DNA of 46,480 nt from a candidate division WOR-3 bacterium (GTDB taxonomy: Bacteria; SDB-A): assembly GCA_016934535.1 (NCBI GenBank), contig JAFGSQ010000042.1:1-46480 (forward strand), written 5' to 3'. The notes beneath the pieces are model-generated. The model searched no databases, was not told the DNA's origin, and saw only the letters and a program-made list of their open reading frames with translations. The translations under genes and the position numbers were made by a program. Position 1 is the first letter of the stretch, and every line of letters starts with the position of its first letter. Positions 17,505 to 27,085 of the stretch are shown here, one piece after another.

Positions 17505-19506
17505 CGGTGCTCTTCTCATTTTTAGACAGAGTGAACTTGAACACGGCTCCATTATCCGCAAAAGATTCCAAACAGATATTTCCTTCGTATTCTTCGACTA
17601 TCTTTTTAACTATGTAAAGACCGAGGCCGGTACCGGATGGAGAAGTTGTAAAATAGGGTTCGAATACACTTCCCGAATGTATCTCCTTTATCCCCTGTCC
17701 GTCGTCTTTAAATTCTACATCGAGGAATTTTCCTCTGTCTTGTAAAGACACAAAAATATTTCTCGCTCCGGCTTTTACCGAATTATCTATCATGTTGTCG
17801 AACAGTCTGTAAAAGTCGGTTTTATCACCGTAAATAATTATTTCATCCGAATCGCTCGATACTTCTATCGATACAAGACCGTGTATTTTTTTCAAATCTG
17901 ACAATACTTGCAGGACATCGACAGGCATACCAGAAGATTTCGCGGTTTTTGCGAACATCAGGAGATTTCCCAGTTTTCTTTCGAGTGTGCCGACTGCAGA
18001 TGAAAGCATGGACAGAACTGATTTTCTTTCGTCATCCTCGCCGAGTTCGAGTTCCATTTCAAGCCTTTGGGCAGCAATTGATACAGCGTTGAGAGGATTC
18101 CTGAGCTCGTGTGCTATCGTCGAGGTCATTTGAGAAATGTCTTTTAATTTTTCCTTTTCTGTTTCCAGTTCTTTTTCAATTTTAAAATATCTGAAATCTT
18201 TGAGCAGGGACACGGTTCCTATTATTTCGTCCCGATTTCTCAATATAACTGTGTCAAGTAAAAATTCATCTCTTTTTCCGGAAGGCAGAGTTATGTTGAC
18301 GAGAAGGTCTTTTATTTCTCTCTCTGTTTCTGAAGTTCTGCCAATAAAAAGCTCGTCTTCCTTGAAGTAATCCCCGTATTTGATTTTTCTTACGTCTTTA
18401 TTGCCGAACCCGAATAAATTCCGTCCGTATTCATTGACCCTGATGAATTTTCGGTCTCTATTAACGATGAATATACCGTAGTTGGCCGAATCCACAAGTT
18501 TGCTTGTGACACTTTCGGCTGAATGAAGCTCCTTTCTAACGGAAAAATATCTTAAGCCGAAAACAGAAGCAATTATCGAAAAAAACACCGTGAGCCATAA
18601 AAACACAAACATGAGCAAAATCCGCTGTCGGTATTCCGATATTATTTTTTTGTAGTCGTCAAGATAAATCCCTATTCTGATAACGCCTTTAGGAACTCCC
18701 TCGTAACTCAGCGGGGAAACGACTTCATAAATGTTTTTTCCTCTGAAATCCATCTCGCGGACTTTTGCTCTTTGTATTCGAACGACGGAAAGCAAAGTAG
18801 AGTCATCTTCGATTTTCGACAATTGCGATATTCTCCCCGACGCTGAAATTATTCCTTCGAAACCCTGCACTGCGACGTATGCAAATCCGGGAGAAGTCCC
18901 GACGTCCTTTACCAGCTTTGACACCGAAGCGTATGTCATAACCGAAGCCACGAAAGATTCATCAAGATAAACAACTACGGCTCCGTTGTTTTCTGTTCTC
19001 ACTGCCGCCAGCTTATAGCTTCTGAAAGGAATTCCGATGATTGAATCGGATCTTTCGGTCGACCAGATTATTATTTCATTTCTTCTGGCACTCGTCAGGA
19101 ATTTCAATCCGGGATAATAAGGTATTTCCAAATTCTCTGAAGATGATGCTATTACCCTGCCGGAGCTGTCTAGAACATCTATCCTTGCAAAGTGGTTTTC
19201 GAGAGCCAGGCTTTTCAACTGACCTCCTGTAATTTCCGGATATCGAGCGATCATGTGAGCCGAAGATAGAGCGGACAGTTTCAAAAGCTTCTCCTGAAGC
19301 TGGCCCGAAGAATACAACTGTTGAATGCTTTGATTGTATGCTTCTGAAAGAGCAAGCAGTTCCTTCTCTGTCATCGAAAGAATGGCTTTTTCGCCGTTTT
19401 CCATAAGCATCATGGAAAACCAGAACATCAAAAATGACACGGGCACAAGAATAATGAGAAGCAGGACATACAAAGGAAAAGCTGAGATATTTTTCTTAAT
19501 TGTCAA
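17488..19506 (-). CDS. Sensor histidine kinase with large periplasmic domain and PAS (ZraS/AtoS-like)
   Basis: Two TM helices flanking about 270 aa, PAS-like region, AHELRNPL, NMIDNS, DDGQG, GTGLGL. Confidence 0.88.
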   Translation of the reverse strand: MTIKKNISAFPLYVLLLIILVPVSFLMFWFSMMLMENGEKAILSMTEKELLALSEAYNQSIQQLYSSGQLQEKLLKLSALSSAHMIARYPEITGGQLKSLALENHFARIDVLDSSGRVIASSSENLEIPYYPGLKFLTSARRNEIIIWSTERSDSIIGIPFRSYKLAAVRTENNGAVVVYLDESFVASVMTYASVSKLVKDVGTSPGFAYVAVQGFEGIISASGRISQLSKIEDDSTLLSVVRIQRAKVREMDFRGKNIYEVVSPLSYEGVPKGVIRIGIYLDDYKKIISEYRQRILLMFVFLWLTVFFSIIASVFGLRYFSVRKELHSAESVTSKLVDSANYGIFIVNRDRKFIRVNEYGRNLFGFGNKDVRKIKYGDYFKEDELFIGRTSETEREIKDLLVNITLPSGKRDEFLLDTVILRNRDEIIGTVSLLKDFRYFKIEKELETEKEKLKDISQMTSTIAHELRNPLNAVSIAAQRLEMELELGEDDERKSVLSMLSSAVGTLERKLGNLLMFAKTAKSSGMPVDVLQVLSDLKKIHGLVSIEVSSDSDEIIIYGDKTDFYRLFDNMIDNSVKAGARNIFVSLQDRGKFLDVEFKDDGQGIKEIHSGSVFEPYFTTSPSGTGLGLYIVKKIVEEYEGNICLESFADNGAVFKFTLSKNEKSTGEKNI

Positions 19507-19594
19507 GTGCTTCCTTCTTCCGCAAATTTTGAATCGTCAAATGTTTATTGAACAGCGCGTTTACATTTTCCGGCATTCAATATACCATATATTT

Positions 19595-19876
19595 ATGATC
19601 TATCGAAGCCCGAAACAACCATGCGTGTCAATTACAATTCTTTTTATAATCTGCGCGGCGGCTTTAATTTTCGGTTTTTTTTCAGGAAAAATATTTTATT
19701 CGAAAAATAAAACACCCGAGCAATACGGTGACACCTTGCACTCTCTGCTCGTAAGAATAACCGTTCTTGAAGACAGCCTGGACAACACACTTTGGCATTT
19801 TAACAATTTGAAGAAATTCAGGGATTCTGTTATACCTGAAACAAACTTTCAGGATTCCTCAGATCAGGTATTCTGA
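19595..19876 (+). CDS. Small hypothetical single-pass membrane protein (93 aa)
   Basis: Non-overlapping 3' part of ORF 19334-19876, starting at ATG 19595. Hydrophobic ITILFIICAAALIFGFF followed by a coiled-coil-like stretch; TTTACA-N17-TACCAT just upstream. Confidence 0.55.
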   Translation: MIYRSPKQPCVSITILFIICAAALIFGFFSGKIFYSKNKTPEQYGDTLHSLLVRITVLEDSLDNTLWHFNNLKKFRDSVIPETNFQDSSDQVF

Positions 19877-21130
19877 TACGTCCTCTCCAATATCATTTCT
19901 CATCCACTTCCCATCGAATTCGATCTTCCCGGCTTGGTCATACGCTATGTTTTTAGCTTCGTCAACTGTTTCGCCTTTCCCTCGAACCGTGAATACACGC
20001 CCGCCTGACGTGAAAAGACCGTTTTCTCTTTTTTGAACTCCGGCGAAAAATACTGAAGAATCACGGTGTAATACATCCTCGAGTCCTCCGATTTTCTTTC
20101 CTGTTTCCGGATTTTCAGGATAACCCCGCGAAGCCAAAACAACTGAGACCGCTTTTTTTCCGGATACACTCAAAGAATTTTCGGCGCTTCCTCTTGCGCA
20201 CGAGTATAGCATTTCAAAAAGTCCTTCCTCGACTGTTCCCAGAGACGACTGAGTTTCGGGGTCTCCGAATCTGCAGTTAAACTCGAGCACATAAATCTTT
20301 TCCTGCGATATGATAGCACCGGCAAAAATCAAACCTCTGTATTCTATTCCCGAGTTTCTCAAATAATCAAGAAGCGGCTCGGCAATGGTCTGTTTGGCTT
20401 TTTCTTCATAAAATGAACCAACAGGTGAAACCGAACCCATTCCGCCGGTATTTGGTCCGAAGTTGCCGTCAAATGCTTTTTTATAATCATGCGCAGGAGG
20501 CAGGCATACTGATTTTTCCCCGTCCGTTGCAAAAAAATACGAAACTTCAAATCCCTGAATAAACTCTTCGATCACAAGTTTCTTTCCGGCGTCGCCGAGT
20601 AATTTTCCGGAGATCATTTCTTTGCCTGCCGAAAGAGCTTCGGAATATTCCCTGCAAATAAACACCCCTTTACCCTGAGCAAGTCCACTCGCTTTTACAA
20701 CGTAAGGAGGTTTCATCTCGTTTAGCCGCTTTTCCAGCTCGTATTCAGAAGTGACTTCATACCATTTTGCCGTTGGTATTCCGGTTTCTTTCATGATTCT
20801 TTTCGCGAAAGATTTGTCCGATTCAATACCGGCGCCATTTTTACCGGGGCCGAAAACGCAATAACCTGAATTCCTAAGAAAATCTGAAACTCCTTCTGCA
20901 AGCGGGTCTTCCGGGCCTACGACTATCAGATCCGGATTAACCAGAGCAGCGGCGGAAAGAATACTTTTGAAGTCTTTTATGTCGGACGCGACATTGACGC
21001 AACTCTTCTCCGTACCGGGATTGCCCGGCAGGCAAAAAACCGCCGATACGTCTCGATCAGCTTTGAGAGCTTCGGCGATGGCGTGTTCTCTTGCGCCTTT
21101 GCCTATTATGGCGACTTTTCTCCCTGTCAT
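19859..21130 (-). CDS. purD: Phosphoribosylamine-glycine ligase
   Basis: GKGAREHA, PGNPG, GPEDPL, KASGLAQGKGV, GPNTGGMG, LEFNCRFGDPETQ, TSGGRV. Confidence 0.95.
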   Translation of the reverse strand: MTGRKVAIIGKGAREHAIAEALKADRDVSAVFCLPGNPGTEKSCVNVASDIKDFKSILSAAALVNPDLIVVGPEDPLAEGVSDFLRNSGYCVFGPGKNGAGIESDKSFAKRIMKETGIPTAKWYEVTSEYELEKRLNEMKPPYVVKASGLAQGKGVFICREYSEALSAGKEMISGKLLGDAGKKLVIEEFIQGFEVSYFFATDGEKSVCLPPAHDYKKAFDGNFGPNTGGMGSVSPVGSFYEEKAKQTIAEPLLDYLRNSGIEYRGLIFAGAIISQEKIYVLEFNCRFGDPETQSSLGTVEEGLFEMLYSCARGSAENSLSVSGKKAVSVVLASRGYPENPETGKKIGGLEDVLHRDSSVFFAGVQKRENGLFTSGGRVFTVRGKGETVDEAKNIAYDQAGKIEFDGKWMRNDIGEDVSEYLI

Positions 21131-21131
21131 A

Positions 21132-22934
21132 TCAGTCCTCGCTTTCCAGAGAAAGAACGCTCATGAAGGCTTCCTGAGGTATTTCGATTTTTCCGAATTT
21201 TTTCATTCTTCGTTTTCCCTCTTTTTGCTTTTCGAGCAGTTTTCGTTTTCTGGTTATATCACCTCCGTAGCATTTAGCAGTTACATCTTTTCTCATTGGT
21301 TTTAAAGTCTCACGAGCAATCACTTTTCCGTTCACTGCTCCCTGTATGGCTATTTCGTAAAGTTGTCTCGGAATGGCCTTCTTAAGCCTGATGCAAATCC
21401 TTCTCGCTGTCTGATATGCTTCGTCGCTTTGAACGATGACCGAAAGCGCGTCTATCGGATCATTGTTTATCAAAAAATCCAACTTCGTCATTTTCGCCGT
21501 TGAAAATCCGGTCCATTCGTAATCGAGAGAGGCGTATCCCTTCGTTGAAGATTTCAAAAGATCATGAAAATCGACTATCACGCTTGACAATGGCATTTCA
21601 TAATCTATTCTGACGTGGTTCTGCGTGAGATATTCAATTTTGCGCTGAGTCCCTCTTTTCTCGTGACAGATCTTAATGATGTTGCCGAGGTACTGTGATG
21701 GCGCATGAACAGACACTTTGGCAATGGGCTCTTCAATCAATTCAATTTCTGAAGGAGGCGGAAGATCTGAAGGAGAATTCACTTCCGAAACTTCACCGTT
21801 TTTCAGAGTCACTCTGTAGGGAACTGTAGGAGCCGTCACGACCAATTCCATATCGAATTCCCTTTCCAGTCTTTCCTGCACTATATCCATGTGCAGGAGA
21901 CCGAGAAAACCAGCTCTGAAGCCCATGCCAAGCGCGAACGATTTTTCCGGAGAAAAGACTATTGCCGAATCGTTTATCGAAAGCCTTTCCAGGCTTTCTT
22001 TGAGCTCTCTGTATTTGTCGTTGGTCGAAGGGTAAAGTCCCGCATAGACCATTGGTTTCGATTTCCTGAAACCCGGAAGAAGTCCAACCTCGCATCCCGA
22101 TAATGTCATTGTGTCGCCTATGTTGACGTCCTGAAGAGAGCGTATTCCAGCGGAAACGAAACCTACTTCACCGCACGCGAGTTTTTTTGTTTCGTGGATT
22201 CCGGGGGAAAAATACCCCAAATGCTGAACGTCGTATTCCTTACCTGCGCCGACGAGTTTTATCCTGTCACCCGCCTTCAATTCTCCGGAAACGATTTTGA
22301 CGAAAAGCACCGCTCCCCAGAATTCGTCGTAATAACTGTCGTAAACGAGAGAAGTCAATAGTGATTTAATATTTTTCTTTGGAGGCGGGACGAGTTTTAT
22401 TATGGATTCAATGAGTTCAGGTATTCCAAGACCCGTCTTAGCGCTTACTGCGACAGCATTTTCTGTGTCAAGCCCGAGATATTCTTCTATTTCAAACCTG
22501 GCTTTTTCTGTATCAGCCGACGGCAGGTCAATCTTGTTTATAACCGGAATTATTTCCAGACCCTGATCAAGTGCAAGATACGCGTTGCTCACGGTCTGAG
22601 CCTGAACTCCCTGGGTCGCGTCGACGACGAGAAGGGCTCCCTCGCAGGCGGATATGGATCTTGAGACTTCGTAAGAAAAATCTACGTGCCCGGGAGTGTC
22701 TATGAGATTCAGCTGATACTCGTGCCCGTCCAAAGCTTTATATTTCATTCTGACGTTGTGAGATTTTATTGTTATCCCTCTTTCTTTTTCGAGGTCCATT
22801 TTATCCAGATACTGTTCCAATTTTATTCTCTTCGGGATGGTTTCCGTTTGCTCCAGAAGCCTGTCTGCCAGTGTTGATTTACCGTGATCTATGTGCGCAA
22901 TGATGCAAAAATTTCTGATTTTATCCTTGACCAT
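21132..22934 (-). CDS. lepA: Translation elongation factor 4 (LepA)
   Basis: IRNFCIIAHIDHGKSTLADR, DTPGHVDF, NKID, KCYGGDITRKRKLLEKQKEGK. Confidence 0.98.
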   Translation of the reverse strand: MVKDKIRNFCIIAHIDHGKSTLADRLLEQTETIPKRIKLEQYLDKMDLEKERGITIKSHNVRMKYKALDGHEYQLNLIDTPGHVDFSYEVSRSISACEGALLVVDATQGVQAQTVSNAYLALDQGLEIIPVINKIDLPSADTEKARFEIEEYLGLDTENAVAVSAKTGLGIPELIESIIKLVPPPKKNIKSLLTSLVYDSYYDEFWGAVLFVKIVSGELKAGDRIKLVGAGKEYDVQHLGYFSPGIHETKKLACGEVGFVSAGIRSLQDVNIGDTMTLSGCEVGLLPGFRKSKPMVYAGLYPSTNDKYRELKESLERLSINDSAIVFSPEKSFALGMGFRAGFLGLLHMDIVQERLEREFDMELVVTAPTVPYRVTLKNGEVSEVNSPSDLPPPSEIELIEEPIAKVSVHAPSQYLGNIIKICHEKRGTQRKIEYLTQNHVRIDYEMPLSSVIVDFHDLLKSSTKGYASLDYEWTGFSTAKMTKLDFLINNDPIDALSVIVQSDEAYQTARRICIRLKKAIPRQLYEIAIQGAVNGKVIARETLKPMRKDVTAKCYGGDITRKRKLLEKQKEGKRRMKKFGKIEIPQEAFMSVLSLESED

Positions 22935-23127
22935 GCATGTATCTATAACGACAGTCAGATGTTTGTCAATCTAAGATTTAACTTCCATATTTTCCGGATT
23001 GCCGAAAACCGCGATTTAGAAATATTATAAAACTGAACAAATACTTTGAAAACGTTTACAAATTTCTTTCTTCGTGATTAAATAAACATTGTTGATAAAG
23101 CTTTTAAATAACGCAAAAGGGGCTTCA

Positions 23128-24522
23128 ATGCGCAAAATATTTTCGAGAGCATTGTTGTGCGCTGTTTTAACGGCGACATGCTGTACTACTTACCGACAGA
23201 CATCTGATACCAGCCAATACACTGCTACCGAGGATAACGTCCTATACGTAGAATCGGTTTCAGCTGACACTCTCGCTTCAATAATGCTGACTATAGCCGA
23301 AGAGCAGTTCACGCAGGCTAACGAGGCTCTCAAAAGCTCGAACTACATACTCGCACACCAGATAGCAAACGACGGTATGAGATACCTTCTCGACATACCA
23401 ATAGAAGACGTTCAGGACCCGTTTCTTGTGAGCAGATATAACATCAACCTCCGAAGGCTTTCTTCCGCTCAGATCAGGGCGGCAAACTCACTTTGGGGTT
23501 ACCCGGTAATTGAGACAACAGACCACTTGTTGATTCCCATTGACATAGACGCGTCCGACAGACTCAAACAGGCTCTAAACTACTGGACTAACACAAGCGC
23601 AGGCAGAAACACTTTGATAGCATGTCTGAGAAAAAGCGGGAAATATCTTCCTCTGATAGAAGAGGTTCTTGAAGACTACAATCTCCCGCACGACATCGCT
23701 TTTCTCCCGATTATCGAAAGCGGATACAGCCCGGGAGCTGTTTCTCCGGCTTCTGCTGTCGGTATTTGGCAGTTCATCCCGGGAACAGCCCGCAATTTCG
23801 GCCTTTCTATAAACAATTACGTGGACGAAAGAAGGGACCCTTACAAATCATCGATAGCCGCAGCGAGATACCTTTCATCTCTGTACGAGAGATTCGGAGA
23901 CTGGAAACTCGCTTTCGCCGCTTACAACTGCGGAGAAGGAACAGTCGAAAGAGCCATCAACAACGCGGGAACAAACGATTTCTGGAAACTGTCCCTCCCC
24001 AACGAGACAATGACATACGTTCCCTGGGCTCTCGCCGTCATGCTCGTTGCACGAGAACCCGAGTTATACGGCATGTCCATCAATTACGAAGACCCGATGG
24101 AATATGACACCGTTCATCTCAACGGCCCTGTCGATCTTTCGGTCATAGCCAACTCGACTGCTTCAACAAAGGAAAAAATAAAGGAACTCAACCCTCACAT
24201 TCTTCAATCCTTCACGCCGCCCGGAGAATATCCGTTCGTCCTCAAAATTCCTTCAGGCACGAGAGAAGTTTTCAGGACTAGTTTCGATGTGCTTCCTGAT
24301 TCTCTCAAATATCTTTCAAACACTCAGATAACGGTTCAAACCGCACCTGTCACCCCGACGGTTGTCTGGAGATCATACACGGTCAGATCGGGTGACACTC
24401 TTTCGAGAATAGCCAGAAGATTAGGAGTCGCCGTTGAAGACCTCAAGCGCTGGAATCCCAACGATGCGGGAGGAAGATACCTTCAGATAGGCGCTTCTTT
24501 GCGATATCAGATAAGAAGATAA
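23128..24522 (+). CDS. MltD-like lytic murein transglycosylase (SLT + LysM), probable lipoprotein
   Basis: IIESGY, AVGIWQFIPGTA, DERRDP, AAYNCGEG, ETMTYVP; LysM YTVRSGDTLSRIA; LTATC lipobox-like motif. ATG 23128 preferred. Confidence 0.88.
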   Translation: MRKIFSRALLCAVLTATCCTTYRQTSDTSQYTATEDNVLYVESVSADTLASIMLTIAEEQFTQANEALKSSNYILAHQIANDGMRYLLDIPIEDVQDPFLVSRYNINLRRLSSAQIRAANSLWGYPVIETTDHLLIPIDIDASDRLKQALNYWTNTSAGRNTLIACLRKSGKYLPLIEEVLEDYNLPHDIAFLPIIESGYSPGAVSPASAVGIWQFIPGTARNFGLSINNYVDERRDPYKSSIAAARYLSSLYERFGDWKLAFAAYNCGEGTVERAINNAGTNDFWKLSLPNETMTYVPWALAVMLVAREPELYGMSINYEDPMEYDTVHLNGPVDLSVIANSTASTKEKIKELNPHILQSFTPPGEYPFVLKIPSGTREVFRTSFDVLPDSLKYLSNTQITVQTAPVTPTVVWRSYTVRSGDTLSRIARRLGVAVEDLKRWNPNDAGGRYLQIGASLRYQIRR

Positions 24523-24540
24523 TTTCACTCAGGAGGAAAG

Positions 24541-26031
24541 ATGAGAAAGGTTTTGCTAATCGCAGTATTGCTGGCGGGTGTTTTAATCCTTCACACGGGA
24601 TGCACAAAAAAACCTCAGATGGGACAGATTGAACTTGCGACTCTTGTCCCTTCAGACATTCCGATGTTTATTTACGCCGATCTGCAAAAAATAAACGCGG
24701 ACGCAATTTTTACAAAAGTATTCAAAGACAAAACGGAAGATTTCGATTACGAGGAATTCAAGCAAAACGGCTTCGATCCGAACGGAAAAATCGGTATGAT
24801 AATGCTCGATGTTTCCATCACTCCTCAGGAAAACGGTTCGGTTCCCACGTTTGCCGTATTTGTCCCTTCCTCAAATCCGGAAGGTCTTCTCAAATATATA
24901 ATTGACATGGCGAAAAAGGACGGCGAACCGACAATTACGGAAGACGGCGATTTCACTATTGTTAAAGACGAAGACGACGAAGTTTATTTTTCCGTTTACC
25001 AGAGCTTCGTAGTCATAGGCATGGGTGAAAAAATAAAAGACCTCATGAAACAGGTCAAAGAGACTAAACCCGAAAATTCTCTCGCCACGAGCCCAAATTT
25101 CCTGGAATCATACACTTCAATCGGAATGTCCTCCCCCGCTTTGTACGCTTACATAGGCGGAAGCTTTTACGAAGTACTTGAGAAGAGCATCAAAGAAAGC
25201 ATGGACACTCTTGATGAAAACACAAGAGCTCTGTTCGACATGCCCGAAATTGAATACGCGGTAGTAGGCGGCGACATTGAGCAGAAAAGAATAGTTCTTA
25301 AATCTTACGCAAAATACGGAGAAGACATTACGAACCATCCCATGGTCTCGTTGTATCTTTCAGATCTGCCTCAGGGAGTCAGCTCCCTGAACGATATCAA
25401 CGGAGAAATAACTCTTTACATGAGGCTCGTCATGAACTTTATGTCTCTCAAGCAGTTTATTTCTCCCTACATGGGAGACGAGATTGATTTCTCCCAGATC
25501 GGAATGACTGAAGACGAATTCTGGGGAATGCTGAGAGGCGACATTCAGTTAATGATCGGCAATCTTAACATGACCGCACCCGAAGCGGGAGCGATCGTAG
25601 GCCTCAACAATAAAGAAGCACTTATAAAAGTCATGACAATAGCTGTTGCCGGAGCCGGCGGTGCTTTAAAAGGCCAGAACGATTCCTACACTTACACTCA
25701 GGGCGAGAACAAAATAGACATTAACATCAGCGAGTCTGAAGTCGTCGCTCTCATGAACATGCAGTCTTTCTCCGGAACGGGCGTCTCGCTCAGGGAAAAA
25801 CTTGAAGAGTCGGGAATAGAGAATCCCGATCAGTATCCGGTCATTATATACGTTGACGCGCAAAAAATTCTCCCCATGCTCAGAATGTTTTCGCCTGAGA
25901 TAGGACAGAAATTTTCATTCGTGGGAACAATTGCTTCGGCGAGTAAAGTCGAGGAGACTACTTCGACCGGAATTTTTATAGTCAACGGATCCGGCGAAAA
26001 CATACTGGAAGATATTTTATCTTCTTTCTGA
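24541..26031 (+). CDS. Uncharacterised lipoprotein (possibly DUF3352-like)
   Basis: AGGAGG RBS, signal peptide ending LHTGC, acidic alpha/beta body with no catalytic motif recognised. Confidence 0.7.
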   Translation: MRKVLLIAVLLAGVLILHTGCTKKPQMGQIELATLVPSDIPMFIYADLQKINADAIFTKVFKDKTEDFDYEEFKQNGFDPNGKIGMIMLDVSITPQENGSVPTFAVFVPSSNPEGLLKYIIDMAKKDGEPTITEDGDFTIVKDEDDEVYFSVYQSFVVIGMGEKIKDLMKQVKETKPENSLATSPNFLESYTSIGMSSPALYAYIGGSFYEVLEKSIKESMDTLDENTRALFDMPEIEYAVVGGDIEQKRIVLKSYAKYGEDITNHPMVSLYLSDLPQGVSSLNDINGEITLYMRLVMNFMSLKQFISPYMGDEIDFSQIGMTEDEFWGMLRGDIQLMIGNLNMTAPEAGAIVGLNNKEALIKVMTIAVAGAGGALKGQNDSYTYTQGENKIDINISESEVVALMNMQSFSGTGVSLREKLEESGIENPDQYPVIIYVDAQKILPMLRMFSPEIGQKFSFVGTIASASKVEETTSTGIFIVNGSGENILEDILSSF

Positions 26032-26044
26032 AAACGGCTGATTG

Positions 26045-26071
26045 AAAAGGCGGGATTCCATCCCGCCTTTT
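26045..26071. terminator. Bidirectional intrinsic terminator
   Basis: AAAAGGCGGGAT-tcc-ATCCCGCCTTTT perfect 12-bp inverted repeat with T-tracts on both strands, between convergent genes. Confidence 0.88.
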
Positions 26072-26081
26072 CTTGACCTGA

Positions 26082-27085
26082 TTAAACAGATTTTATCCAT
26101 TCTCCCGTTCTGATTTTTTCGGAATCAATGAACAACGATTCGGGAAAATTACTGTCTATGAATTTTTTCAGTATACCGTATTCTCTGAAGGGTCCTCTGT
26201 CGCAATATATAATTTTTTTAGAAAATCCCATTTTCTTCAGATAATACAACTCCGAGACTATTCCGTAGCCCGGCTTTGTAATAACGCAGTCAGCTGAAAG
26301 AAGAATATCGGGAAAAGGAATTCTCGCCGTGGATACAATATAAACATTTTCAGAAATTCTCCTGTCTTCAAAGCCTGGTACAAAAACCGAAACGTCTTTC
26401 TAAAAAAATCCAAGCTTTTGATGGCGTCAAATCCGCCAAAAGTGAAAACGACTGCTTTTTGCCCCTCATTTAAACCGAGAACAGCTCTCGCTTCCCTCTC
26501 GCTGGAGAAAGACGGTTTTCTGCAGACAAGGCCGGTTTTATAAATTTTTCCAAACATTTCAAAACCGCCCGAGAATGGCAAAAGATAAGCTCCGTCAGCC
26601 AGAATGTACTGATTTTTAAAAAAATAATTCAATTTTTCAAAACGAGTGTCGTAATTCTCAAAACCTTCCATTATCCAATCCCAAGTGAAATTTCCCACTA
26701 CCCAGACGGGTATATTCAATCTCCTCGCCGTCGTCACGGGAAGGGGAGAAACATCAGAAAAAACTGCAGAAACTTTTTTTTCAGAAAGGAATTCAGCCTC
26801 TCTTTCAACAAGATCGGAGTATTTTTCTATAAAATCAGCGTTTTCATCTAAAGTCTTTCCAATATCAATCTCGAGTGCATTTTTCTGCGCCACTCCGGAG
26901 TCAATTATACAGGTTCTGTAAGATGCGGCTTTTATTCCGCCAAACCCCAGAAATTCCGCTGTTTCCGGTGAATGACCACTGACTATATGAGTTTCAAATC
27001 CGCTAAAATTTCTGATTATTTCAAAACTTCGGGTCATGTGTCCGAAACCGTGAGCCGAAATATAATAAGCGACAATTCTCTTCAT
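26082..27085 (-). pseudogene. GT-B glycosyltransferase-like protein (L-arabinokinase N-terminal domain-like), frameshifted near 26394-26400
   Basis: N-terminal YISAHGFGHMTRS and NFTWDWI lie in ORF 26258-27085. The conserved tail FPDILLSADCVITKPGYGIVSE...DRGPFREY lies in the -1 frame, ending at TAA 26082. Confidence 0.75.

Noticed and set aside
19334..19594. 5' extension of ORF 19334-19876
   Set aside because: Overlaps the kinase start on the opposite strand; promoter geometry supports ATG 19595.
19859..22934. lepA-purD adjacency in place of the common lepA-lepB
   Set aside because: Most simply gene-order shuffling; no functional link evident.
26402..26408. T7 tract as a phase-variation switch for the glycosyltransferase
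   Set aside because: Any tract change reaching the needed frame places TAG in frame immediately after the tract, so it cannot restore the protein.
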